Source: Prasinococcaceae sp. CCMP 1430 (taxonomy: Eukaryota; Plantae; Prasinodermophyta). Taken from it: a stretch of 64,000 bases of DNA. The stretch lies in assembly GCA_013416795.1 (NCBI GenBank), contig RQSC01000028.1, positions 404,534 to 468,533 of the forward strand. Direction: 5' to 3'. Below the pieces are notes generated by a model. That model had not been told where the DNA came from. It worked only from the letters and a program-made list of their open reading frames with translations, and searched no databases. Both the position numbers and the translations under genes were made by a program. Positions 36,365-47,298 of the stretch are shown in pieces; positions within the stretch are counted from its first letter, which is position 1; each line of letters begins with the position of its first letter.

Positions 36365-38495
36365 ATGGAAGTGCTGCTGTCGCTAGTCGACCGCTGTGAG
36401 CGGCGCCCGCCTGAGCCCCCAGTGCTCGTGAATTTTGGACGCCACACACGCCCCCTGGAGGACCCGCTGCTGCGGGTCGCATACGGGGGCGTGTTGCAAG
36501 CGACGCTCAGCGAGGGCGACGTCGAGGGCGACACGCCCAAGGAGGATGACTGGGTGTTCCTGCATTTCACGGCCAGGAAAATCGGCGCGCTGGACGCTCA
36601 TGCAGAGGGCTCGCTCGCCTCAGGCGTCCCGTCAGTGCCATTTCTGAGCACCAGAGCTGAGTACGGCGGCAACGGCCGCCCTTTCCGCTTCGTGCTTGGC
36701 AAGTCAAAGATTATGAAGTCGTGGGAGGCTGTCGTAAGCCATATGCGCGTTGGCGAGCGCAAACTCATCCAGGTGCGCCCTGAGTATCACTACTTCGACG
36801 GGAGCGGCAATTTCACGCCTCCGCGCGGCAGCGGGGTGGAACCGTCGACGGTCGTCGAGTTCGACCTCGAGCTCGCCGACATTCAGAAAGTGCTGCCGCT
36901 CGACGACGAGCACGAGAGGATGAAGCAGTATCTTGCGGAGGGCGAGGGCTGGGAAACCCCAGGTGACATGTTTGAGGTCGACCTGGAGCTCGAGGGCCAG
37001 GTGATCGAGGGAAAGTGCGAGGAGGCTGGCGGCCCACCGTTCGTGTCGCACGCGGATCTGTGCGTCACCGTGGGGCGCGGCGCGCTACCGCCGGCCGTTG
37101 ACGAGTGCGTGCGCTCCATGACGCTGAACGAGGTGTCTCGCTTCACGCTGTTTGGCGGCAGTGCCGCAGGCCCCGCGACAGAGCTGGTGCCAGTGCCGGT
37201 GGGTGCTGCCGAGGTCGTGTACGATATCAAGTTGCTCGGCATGACACATATCAGGGACGTGATGGGCGACGGGCAAGTTATAAAGCGGCGGAGGAGGCAG
37301 GGCAAGGGCCAATTCCCTGTGGACTGTCCGATCCACGACAGCATCGTGCGCTTTTTCTGTCACTCTGTGCGTGCCCTGCCTGCCGGAGGTGCCGAGCCCA
37401 TCACGCTCCACGAGGGCGGGCACGCACTGATCGACACGCACACTGGCCAGGGCAGGCTGCCCGAGATGGTGGACACCTGCTTGCGCATCATGGTGCCGGA
37501 CGAGCGCAGCACGCTCACCTGCTCCCCCGCAACCTACCCGTTTGAGGACTGGCAGGGCTCCGACTCCTTCCCAGCCATTGACAAATCCAAGATTCCTGGG
37601 GGCGCTTCAATCGAGTTGGACCTCGAACTGGAATCGTTCGAGCGCTACAAGTACATGACTGAGCAGGCGCTCGATGAGCGACTGAAGGAAGCAAAGACCC
37701 AACGCGAGATGGGCAACAAGGTAGGACGCCGGCTCAGATTTTTCGCCCACGTGCGCACGACCATCTCAGCTCTTGTTGCAAAATAGAGGTACCAATGTGT
37801 GCAGCGCGGTGTCCTGACACACCCCTGGCCCGCGCACAGCTATTCCGACAAGGGAAGTACGAGCTCGCCAAGGACAAGTACAAGCTGGTCCTCGGCATGC
37901 TTGAGCAGGCTCGACCTGAGACTTTGGAGGAATGGAACATGAATGATGCAGAGAAGATCCCCACTTTGCTCAACTACGCCAACGTGTGTTCCAAGCTCGG
38001 TGATCAGCGCGAGGCAATCAAGTACTGCGACAAGCTGCTCCGCTTTGACGAGCAAAACGTCAAGGGTTTGTATCGGCGCGGCATGTGCTATCTGCTGCTA
38101 GATGACCATGAGAATGCTCAGGAGAACTTTGAGGCCATGCGTGACGCAGGAGGCGAGACATACACCGCGGATGTCGAGGCTGCCTTCGACAAGCTTCAGC
38201 GGTCGCGCGACGATGCTAAATTGCGTGAGAAGCGTGAGTACAAGGCCATGTTCGACAAGAAGAAGGAGATCGAGGTACGCTTGCACATTTCGCACTCTCG
38301 CGACACTGTGAGCGAGTGAGTTCATGCTTTTGCTTTGGAGCAAGGAAGTGCGAGGCTGCTTGCTGACCTTTGTTGCGTGACGCTCGTTCTTTGCGTTCTC
38401 GCGTGTGCACCGCGCACCCACCCGCATGTCCGGTGACTCCGCATCCGCAGGCGGCTAAAGCCAGGACGGAGAAGCAGGCTCTTAACATGAAGTAG
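36365..38495 (+). CDS. PAS1: PASTICCINO1-like multi-FKBP + TPR peptidyl-prolyl isomerase; exons 36365-37720, 37840-38274, 38451-38495
   Basis: STRAEYGGNGRPFRFVLGKSKIM and GKGQFPVDCPIHDS match PAS1-type FKBPs; TPR helices (LLNYANVCSKLG, KGLYRRGMCY); phase-0 introns. Confidence 0.8.
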
Positions 38496-38772
38496 TACTA
38501 CAGTAAATAGGTCGTGAATAAAGCCTGAATCGACTAACGCGAGCAGTAGTGCATGCCTGACGCGCGCGTACAGACGCGTGCCACGTGATACGTCGTGCTA
38601 TGAGCTGCCGTAGATCTCGTTGCATTCATGCACATGTGGCGAGCCATTGCAGAGAGCTGATTAAGACTAACTAGTACTACTATCTAGTCTAGCTAGAGAT
38701 AAAGTGTTAGGAGCTTGAGACTAGCCTAGAGGGCAATTGCTAAGCATGAACCACTCACAAAACGATACTAGA

Positions 38773-41359
38773 CTACTCTGTCTTACATCGCTCTTTCATC
38801 CGGATAGTCTGCTTGCACACTGCCTGTCGCATGCGATAAAAGCGAGCACTGGGCATGATCGTGCTTGCACCGAGATTGCTGAGGAAGAAGTCCTTCTCTG
38901 CCTGGACAAATTTCAAGTCGTTGTGCAAGTCCACCAGGCGCTGTCTGGCGCGCGCATGATTAAGTCTTTTCGGCAGATTGTTCTCGAGCTGCCTGCGAGA
39001 TTGAAGCAACTCACGGTACACCCTGACGTACATATTTATGCGCCTTGCAGGCCAGCGCAGGAGGCCATGCTTGCGGCATACGTACTTCAGTCTGGCCATA
39101 CTCATTTTGAGCTTTCTCGCGCATTCTTTTTGACTGATACCATTTGTAATCTGCTCCCGAACTGCCTCCCAGTCAGCTTCAGTTGAAGGACGCATGAGGA
39201 TATCCGCTGGCGTCGCAGAGCACGAAGAATCAGCCCGACTGCCTATGTGTACTTGGACGCCTTCGACGAGGTTAGGTTGAACGACCTCAAACAAGCCACC
39301 TGGCGCATGTAATGCGCAGAGGCCCTCGAGATTGGCATCGTGCGTCGACTTGAGAGAAGGCTTTAGAAATATGCCACGCTGTGATGGCATAGGGTTGACG
39401 TCACGGACGCTAGCGGGCACAGATTGGTCGATTCCCGAAGCACTCGCCATCTGCGGCATGCGCTCAGGCTCTCTGGACGGTGTACTGCGCGCGGTGGGGC
39501 CTCCGCCAACAGCACTGTCATCGTCATGCGGATCATCAGAAATGCACGATGGATGACCCGGAAGGTCAAAGTTGTAGCCCTTCTTCGCAGCAACAGCGTT
39601 TCTCAGGGGCGAGGTACTAGCGATGTCACGCATCCCAAGGGAAGCGCAACGAGCTGCGGTGCCGATAGGATGATCGACGTCGCTGTTCCACGCCTCAGGC
39701 CAGCACTTGGTGGCCGCTTGTGAGTCGAAGCGGGTCATATAGTGGTGGTGCACCAAGCTTTCGATGTCGTCTGCTAGAGCGCATAGTTCCGTCGTTGTGC
39801 CCAACCACGCCACTGGCATTCGGGATCGGGATACACTGGGAGCCGAACTAGCACCCGCTGCCATGTCGCTGCATCTGTCTCTGCCGTGACTACTCTCGTT
39901 GCAGTGTTCCCTGACGATTTTGACTATTGACTCAGCGAAGTCGTAGTCGCAAACGTCCCGTTGTGAGACACCCACGCCTACCTCGCAGCAGGCGGGGAAA
40001 TGTTGGCCGAGCATCGCGACAAACTCCGCCGCGGCGGCTCGGTGGCTCTTGCCTAGCCCTGCGAGGTCGAGGACGGATCCTGCGCCAGAGATGCAGTCCG
40101 AGGCGGCCTCCTCGCCAGCACGACCTCTCTCGTGGTCCACATTTATCGATTGCGTCGAGGAGGCAACGAAAAGCCATCGGCTCTCCCCACACGTCTTGTC
40201 GATCATATCATTGAGCCTTGACAGCGCCTCTCCAGGGTTCTTGACTGGCCTCGAGTGCATGCACTCACACTTAATCTCGCTGCCGAGGACGTAGCTACGC
40301 TCCACAATCTGTGAACGTGCCGTATCGAGGGTCGCACTTGGTCAGCAACTTTGAAAACGCACTGCGACGCAGCTGCGGTACTTGCAAAAATGGGTGTAAT
40401 GAAGGCACATTTCCGCCCTCCACACCGCCCATCACCACACAGCACACGCGCGCACACAGACGTTAGACACCACGGAAAGGGCGTGCTGATACGCGATGGC
40501 AGGATAGAGCTCGCTTCTTCCTCCGCCACAAGGTCTCCCGTGGGCTCCGGCGCGCGCAGGCAAGGCAACCCACAGTGCGCGGCGCGCAGCACGTTTCGCC
40601 TCGGGATGGCGAGGTGCAGCACAGCACGACACGGCGCGGTGAGGGAGCTCCGAGTCGCGTCTCAAAGTGGCAGCCCTTGCCTCGTCCGCACTGCGCAGAC
40701 GCGCATGACCTGCGACCGGTGTGTCAAGTGTGTCGCGGTTGCTGTGCCAGACCGTGCCTCGGGAACACGGACTGCACAGAGACCGCTGCGCACCCCGCGC
40801 GCCGCTCGGCTGGCGCGTTGACCGAGACGGTGAGACTGCGAAAAAGTTCGAGCGCAACGCACCTGCAGGCCATCGGGGGTCACATCGACCGCGTGTGTGG
40901 TCATGCGCACGCCACTGTCCGTGTCCGCGTCGCCATAGACTAGGCCGGGAGACATCGCTGCATGCACCACAGTATGCAGAGTGACGCGGGTCTGGTGCGC
41001 GAACGTGTCGCCTGGCGGCACCGGCTGCGCGCGTGTCCGGCGGGCGCCCGCAGGGAGACGCCTGCGTGAGCACGCAGCGCTCTGTCTCACCGCAGCCTGT
41101 CCCCTGCGCATGGTCAACGCGGTGTCCGCCTCCGTCACCAGTCTCGCCCGCGCACGCCTGCTGTGCCGCGCAACGCTGCACGCGTCCGCGCGCACGTGCG
41201 CAGCTGTGTGCCGCGCCGCTCGCAGCGCGCGTTGTCGCTAAGCCGAGCTGCGGGTGAGTTCACCGAGGCAGTGGCTTACGTTACCTTCTGACTGGGGAAA
41301 CGACCCGTGCACCACTCGTCCACTTCGGCTGTCGTAACGGACAATGAAGTCATCACCAT
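38773..41359 (-). CDS. RWP-RK transcription factor, RKD-like; main exon 40308-38773, probable upstream exons 41024-40863 and 41359-41285
   Basis: ECARKLKMSMARLKYVCRKHGLLRWPARR core plus C-terminal FYRMRQAVCK (RKD-type RLRQA.FK motif); upstream exons inferred from splice signals only. Confidence 0.8.
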
Positions 41360-43101
41360 GGTACCTTGCGTTTCGTTACGAGTTGAAACATTTTTGGACA
41401 TTTAGATGCCACAGTGTGTTACGAAGTAGATGTTCAGTGAGTGTGAGCTTTTGATGAACAACGGCCTCACAAAATGCGCGGGAAAGGGGGATCGTGAAAC
41501 ACCAGCTTTCGCGGCCCCTCGGCCTCCGCGGCCCCCGGCCCCCCAAAGGTTGTTGAGACTAATCCACGCGCAGGTGATATGCGTGCGCGGACGCGTGCCC
41601 CCTAGCTAGGCCATGGCGGCGGTTTTGTCGATGCGACGCACGGCGCGCCGCGGCCCGGAGGACATAGTGTTACGAAGTAGATCTTTGACTACCGCGCGCG
41701 ACGGTGCGAGGCGAGGACGAGGAACGGGCACCGGCAGTGCGCGGGGCGCGCCGCGCGGCCCGCGCTACGGTATGCGCGCGGCGTCCCCTGCGGCCGTCTC
41801 GGGGCGCGAGGGCCTGCCTCCAGACCCGGCAGGGCTGCGCACAAGGCGGCGGCGCAGAGAGAGGGCGAAAGTCAGCGCTCGAGCGTAAACTGTGAAACAG
41901 CTTCCTACTGTACCTCGCGAGTGTTCCTCATGGCGTGCCGCGCCCTTCTGGGCGAGCTCCCCATGAGACGCTACGCACTCGCGACACTGTGCGCGGGGCG
42001 CCGTGCGTTCCGCGTTTTGCGCGTCTTGTGCCGCGCCACTCGCGAATGCTCTCATGCACATTGCGCCGACACGGAGGGTGCCAGCGTCAGGCATCCCAGG
42101 TTTGGGGAGGCGCACGCAATGCAGTCTCTCTTGGCACCCGCGCCGCCACGCCCACGCAGCGAAAAAGCCGGGGGCTGCACTGAAGGTGCATGCGGCGCCT
42201 GCGGTGCGCACGGCGAAGGCGTTGGAAGCAGGGATACGCACACCCCTTGCGCCTCACTCCGCCTGAGGCGTTCGGGGTGAAGGCGCCCATGGCGCTCACG
42301 GCGCCTGCAGCACACGTCACGGAGGCACGCACGGTACCGCTGCTGAGAGCACCGTGGGCGTGGTTTGCGTTTTCCGCGCAGTCCCCCGTGTGCCGCGCTG
42401 GCGGCGCCGGCGCACATGGCGCGCACGCCCAGTGCACAGGAGCTCCTCCCTCGGCCGACCTACGCAGTCTGGTAGGCTTTCGATTGGGAGGAGCTATATT
42501 TAGCGAGGCTCAAGGTAGGAATCTAGCTAGGCAGCTTGCTTCGTTCACCGCGTCAGAGAGAGAGCACGAAGGTCACGAGGACGCCACCACTCGCGTCTAG
42601 CGGTCCGAGGACGACAACGAAGCCGCGGACCATGCAGACAGCCATCGCACGATGAAGACCAAGGGCACGGGCCTGCACTCGGCGGGGAGGCAGGGGCGCT
42701 GAACGTGACCGATCCCCTCGCGAGTGCTTGTGCGTGCTTGCACGCATGTGGGCGCGCTTGTACACGGGCGCCCGCGGTCGCGCGGGTGCGCACGCGTTTG
42801 TGCGCGCGCATGACCGTGCGCAGGCTTATGCTGCCCGATCGGGCACGCACCAAGCGGGGGCTGTGAACACGAAAGCGAAAGGACCCAGTACTGCCGCCTC
42901 CGTCGTGTAATCACGTGGGCGAGGGAGGACTATCAACAAAGGTCGGACGAAACCTCTCGCTACCGTTACAGATGTTCCGCCCAAGAGCGCGCGGGGGCGG
43001 CTAAGGGCCAAATGTAGCGTGCAGTCTCAAGCGCGCAGCGTGAGATGGAGCACTGCAAAGCAGCGCCGAGAACGCCGAGCGCTGCGAGGCTAGAGCATCT
43101 A

Positions 43102-44950
43102 TCACTCGCCGGTCCAGCGCTTGATGAGCACCGCGCTGTTATGCCCTCCGAAGCCGAAGCTGTTTGACAGCGCCACGTCCACCTCGTGGTCCTCCGCCGC
43201 GTCCTTGCCCACAAGCAGCCCCAGGTCGACAGCGTCCTCAGGTTCCTCCAGATTAGGGTTGGGGTGAAGCTTGCCAGTCACGCACGCCTGCACCGTCGCC
43301 ACAGCCTCAACGGCGCCCGCCGCGCCCAGCAGATGGCCCACCATCGCCTGCAGGCGCAGATTCGTACGTACAAGTGGGATGCAAGCGCGTGGCGTGCATT
43401 GGTGCAGGGAGTGCGGGGAGGAAGGAGGGCAGACAGGCGCAGGCAACAGGAGCGCCGAGCGGTTAGCGCACACGCGGATTTCATGTCGAGGCGAAGCGCT
43501 CGGGTGCGCGGATCAGCAAGGACGTGGACCCCTACGCCCATTCGCAAGACGCGTCCGCGCCTTGCCCGGAGCGCTCGCATTGCTCCCACCCGCCACAGCA
43601 CGAGCGCTCTCTCGCTGACCTTGGTGCCGTTGATCTTGAGGTCGTCGTTGTCCCCGAAGATTTCCACGATAGCATTGTACTCGGCCAGATCGCCGGCGGG
43701 TGTGGACGTAGCGTGCGCATTAATGTAGTTGACGCGACCAGCGTCAATGCCCGCCCTCTCGAGTGCGAGCTGCATGCAGCGCTTCACCCCTTTCCCCTCT
43801 GGGTGCGGCTCGGTCATGTGGTGCGCGTCGCAGGTCATGGCCCCTCCCAGGAACTCGGCGTAGATGGTGGCGCCTCGCGCCCTCGCGTGCTCGAGCTCTT
43901 CCATGACGAGCACGCCAGCACCCTCGCCCATGACAAAGCCGTCGCGCGTCTTGTCCCACGGACGGCTCGCGGTCGTCGGCTCCTCATTGCGCTGCGACAG
44001 CGCCTTGCACGCCGAGAATCCCGCCATACCCATCGGCACGATGGCCGCGTCAGCTCCGCCCGCAAGCATGACGTCCGCCTCGCCGCGCTGGATGTAGTCA
44101 TACGAGTTCATCATGCAGTAGTTGGCGGTCGCGCACGCGGTGCTCAGTGAGTAGTTGGGCCCCATGAAGCCGACATCCATGGCGAGCAGCGCACCGCTCA
44201 TGTTGGTTATGGAGAAGGGGATGCAGAACGGGTTCATCCGCTTGCCATGCACGGTCAGGTCGGCGCACGCGTCGGCGAACGTCTTCATGCCACCCATCGC
44301 GCTGCCCACCAAAATACCCGCGCGCGAAGCATCGAGCGCGTCGCGCGCGTCCCCCGACAGCAGACCCGCGTCGTCGAGCGCGTCCTTGCCCGCCACGAGC
44401 GTGTACTTGATCACGTCGTCCACGCGGCGCGCCTGCTTCTTGCTGATGCGCGCCGAGGTGTCCAGCTCCTTCACCTCCGCTGCGAATCGCGTCGGGAGCT
44501 CACCGGCGTCGAAGTGCGAGATCTCACGCACGCCGCTCACACCCGCGCATAAGCTGTCGTAGAACTCGTCCACACTATTGCCCACCTGCGATCGCACGCG
44601 CAGAAGACGCGCGCATGGGAGCGCATGAGAGAGCGAGGGTGAGTGTGCGCACGCGCAGGCGGTAGCGCGCGCGTGGGCACATGCTCGTGGTCCCAGGAGG
44701 GCACATGAGAGAGCACGGATGGGCACAGGCGCACGTGCGCGCGCTGCGATGAGTTGCGCGGGTATGTGCGCACGAGCGCGAACGAGCTCGAAGGGTCCGC
44801 GCGGGCTGTGCCACGATCACGCACCGGTGACACCACGCCCATGCCCGTGATCACCACGCGACGTCTGCCCTCGGCATCGCCCGCGGGCGCCTGGCACGCG
44901 CGCGCTGTGCGCCTCCGCTCTCCCGGCGCGGTGCGCGGTGCGCGCCGCGC
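43102..44950 (-). CDS. KASII: Plastid beta-ketoacyl-ACP synthase II (FabF-type); exons ~44950-44825, 44585-43620, 43347-43102; no in-frame ATG found
   Basis: RRVVITGMGVVSP|VGN, GSAMGGMK, MNPFCIPF, STACATANY (Cys), CDAHHMTEPH, INAHATST, SNSFGFGGHN; closer to KASII than KASI at the diagnostic positions. Confidence 0.92.
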
Positions 44951-47115
44951 AGCAGCAGTCGCAGCAGCGGCAGTTGCAGCAGCAGCAGCAGCAGTCGTCA
45001 AAGCAGCAGTTGCAGCAGCAGCAACAGCAGTCGTCACAGCTGCAGCATCCGCAACGGCAGTCGCCACCGCCGCCGCAGTCGCAGCAGCAGCAGCAGCAGC
45101 AGCCGCGGCAGCAGCAGCGCGAGCAGCGGCAGCATCCGCAGCGACCGCGCCCGTCACAGCAACATGGTGACCACCGAGGTTGCTTTAGAGGTTGCGCCGG
45201 CGATCTCTGCGTCTGCCGTGGTTGACCCTGCGGTGGCCATTTAGGATCCCCTTCCGTTGTACGCGGTGTGGTATGTTCTGGGCCTGCGGGGGAGGTTGAC
45301 GCTCTGCTCAGTGGGGCGACGTTTCCTGCGTTGGACCGAGCCAGCGGGGCGCACTCTAGTGGACACACTAGGGCCTCGCGGGCACCAAGAAGTGCAGGGG
45401 AAGCGCACTCTAGCGGACACGCTAGGGCTTCCCCCTTTACAACAATTCCAGCAGCGGTGGAGCTGCTGTGGAGCAGCTGTGGCGCTGCCCCAGATGCCTT
45501 GTCGGCCTTACCACCTTCGGTTTCTATGGCGCCTACGTCCAGTTTCTCCGTCGCTGCGCCTCTGCTGCCCGCGTGGTCGGACACCTTTGGTACGTTCTCG
45601 GATGACTGTTGTCGCCCCGTCAGCGGACGTGTCCATGTCGTGGGGCGATTCCAGCGTGACTCTTGTCGACCATGCAGTATGCCGGGCAAGGTTCATGCGT
45701 TGCTGGCTGTTAGTGCCGCGTCACCTGCACAGTGCCGTCGCCTGTCTCTGTGGCGCTTCTCGGTACGCCTGTGGCTTTCGTGGCGGCTACAAGTGCGCCG
45801 TCGGTCGACTAGGTCGCGTCGTCACGCGAGCTCGCCGCGCCGCCTACCGCTTCTGTCGCGCCGCCGTGCGATACCGTCGCGCTGTTGGCTGACTCTGTTG
45901 CGCCACCATGCGATGCTTTCGCGCCGCCGTGCGATGCTGGCTGACTCTGTCGCGCCGCCGTGCGATGCTGTCGCGCCACCATGCGATGCTGTCGCGCCGC
46001 CGTGCGATGTTGTCGCGCCGTTGGGCAAGCCTGTCGCACTACCGGGCGCGTCTCCTGTGCCGACGCGCGAGCTGGCCGGTCAGTCGCTCCCTCGCGCGGC
46101 CTTGCCGCACCACCGGCCGAGTCTACCGCGCGCCGCTGCCTGCTCTCGCTGTGCCGTGGGTCGCCCCTATGTATGCCATCGTCATCGCATGCCTGATTTT
46201 CTTGCGGATACTCTGTGTCCGCGCGGTTGAGCCGTTCCTCCAGCTCTTTGCCGGAGTGCGGTCACAACGACGGCATGGGGCTCGTCTCCTGGTCATCATC
46301 ACGTGTAGCACTTGGATTGAGCTATGTTGTACCTGCTGGTCCTGCCTCGTGCCATTCCCTGCCGGCAGACTTTATGCCAGGCAGTCAGGGATCCTGTCGA
46401 CGGGTGACGGGTAAGCCCTGCACCGATTGGTGGTGGACTAGCGTATACTTTGGCTCTCTCTGGGGAACTGGGACGTTGACTAGTTCCGTTATTGGCACGT
46501 GGGTGCGATGGGTGTCTTATTTCTACCGGGAGGCTCAGTTAAGGCGTTGAGTGGCCCCAGAGGCAACCGCGCTGGCAGGTGTACAGTGCCTGTGATTGTC
46601 GCTGCAGGAGGGCGCGGCCTGTGGTGGCTTGTATCATCTTGACTATGTCAGGACTCGTCCCTGTGTGGCGAGTTTCGGGGGAATTGGTTTTACTGGCCCG
46701 TTGGCGAACAAGGGTTGGGACATAGTACCCCTATGGTCGACTTGTGGCCGCGAGGATCAACGATCGCCTGGCTCATTAGGAATAGAACTGTGTGCTCTTT
46801 TCTGTTTGTGTGTCTTCATTTCTAGGACGGTAGGGACTACCGTCCCCCGGGGAGGGGGAGGAGTGTTGCGGACCGGCCCTGTTGTCCGGCGCAACAATGT
46901 AATAAATTGTGTATTTGGGCTTGCTTTTATAGTCCGCAGAACTTTGGGGACTTATTTGGTCCGTTAGTATAAGTTCGGGACTTTGGTAGGTAATTTGTGT
47001 GATGCGGACTGATTATTTTGGGCCTAGGATGAATTGACAAGATCTTCTAGGGGCCGGGTCGGCCCTAGGCGTCGGACAGGATCTTGTAGCAGCTGTATCT
47101 GTGGTTTCTGGAAGT
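44951..47115 (+). mobile_element. Degenerate LTR-retroelement-like 3' fragment (decayed polyQ-containing ORF, polypurine tract, start of LTR)
   Basis: One frame open 44938-46230 apart from a single TGA; 15-nt polypurine tract 46849-46863 immediately followed by TGTTG; lower GC; no RT or integrase motifs seen. Confidence 0.5.
45853..46020 (+). repeat. 21-bp minisatellite (CTGTCGCGCCRCCRTGCGATG; encodes VAPPCDA repeats)
   Basis: About 6-7 imperfect units, three in direct tandem at ~45947-46020. Confidence 0.9.
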
Positions 47116-47298
47116 GAGCAGCTTGCCGAGCACGTCATTCTCGCCACCCAAGGCCCAGAACAGGCCCGCAAGCGTGATGTCGATCGCAATCAACGTGCTG
47201 GTGAGGAACCCGACATCGGGCCCCAGCAAGCCGAAGCCGCTGTCGATGTACCGCGTGAAATCGGCCAGGAACCGGTCGATGACATTAAGGTCGTTCAT
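47116..47298 (-). pseudogene. trbL: 5' fragment (~61 codons) of bacterial P-type conjugative transfer gene trbL
   Basis: MNDLNVIDRFLADFTRYIDSGFGLLGPDVGFLTSTLIAIDITLAGLFWALGGENDVLGKLL matches the TrbL N-terminus of proteobacterial Trb/ICE systems; GAGG upstream of the ATG; homology stops abruptly. Confidence 0.85.

Noticed and set aside
41900-42950. Short ORFs between RWP-RK and KASII
   Set aside because: Overlapping ORFs in several frames, none with coding bias or motifs.
44817-45689. Cys-rich metallothionein-like ORF and poly-Ala 'transit peptide' frame
   Set aside because: Both are reverse-strand readings of a CAG/CAA polyQ repeat; no supporting start or splice context.
45853-46020. Repeat array as CRISPR
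   Set aside because: Units are adjacent without unique spacers, the context is eukaryotic, and no cas genes are present.
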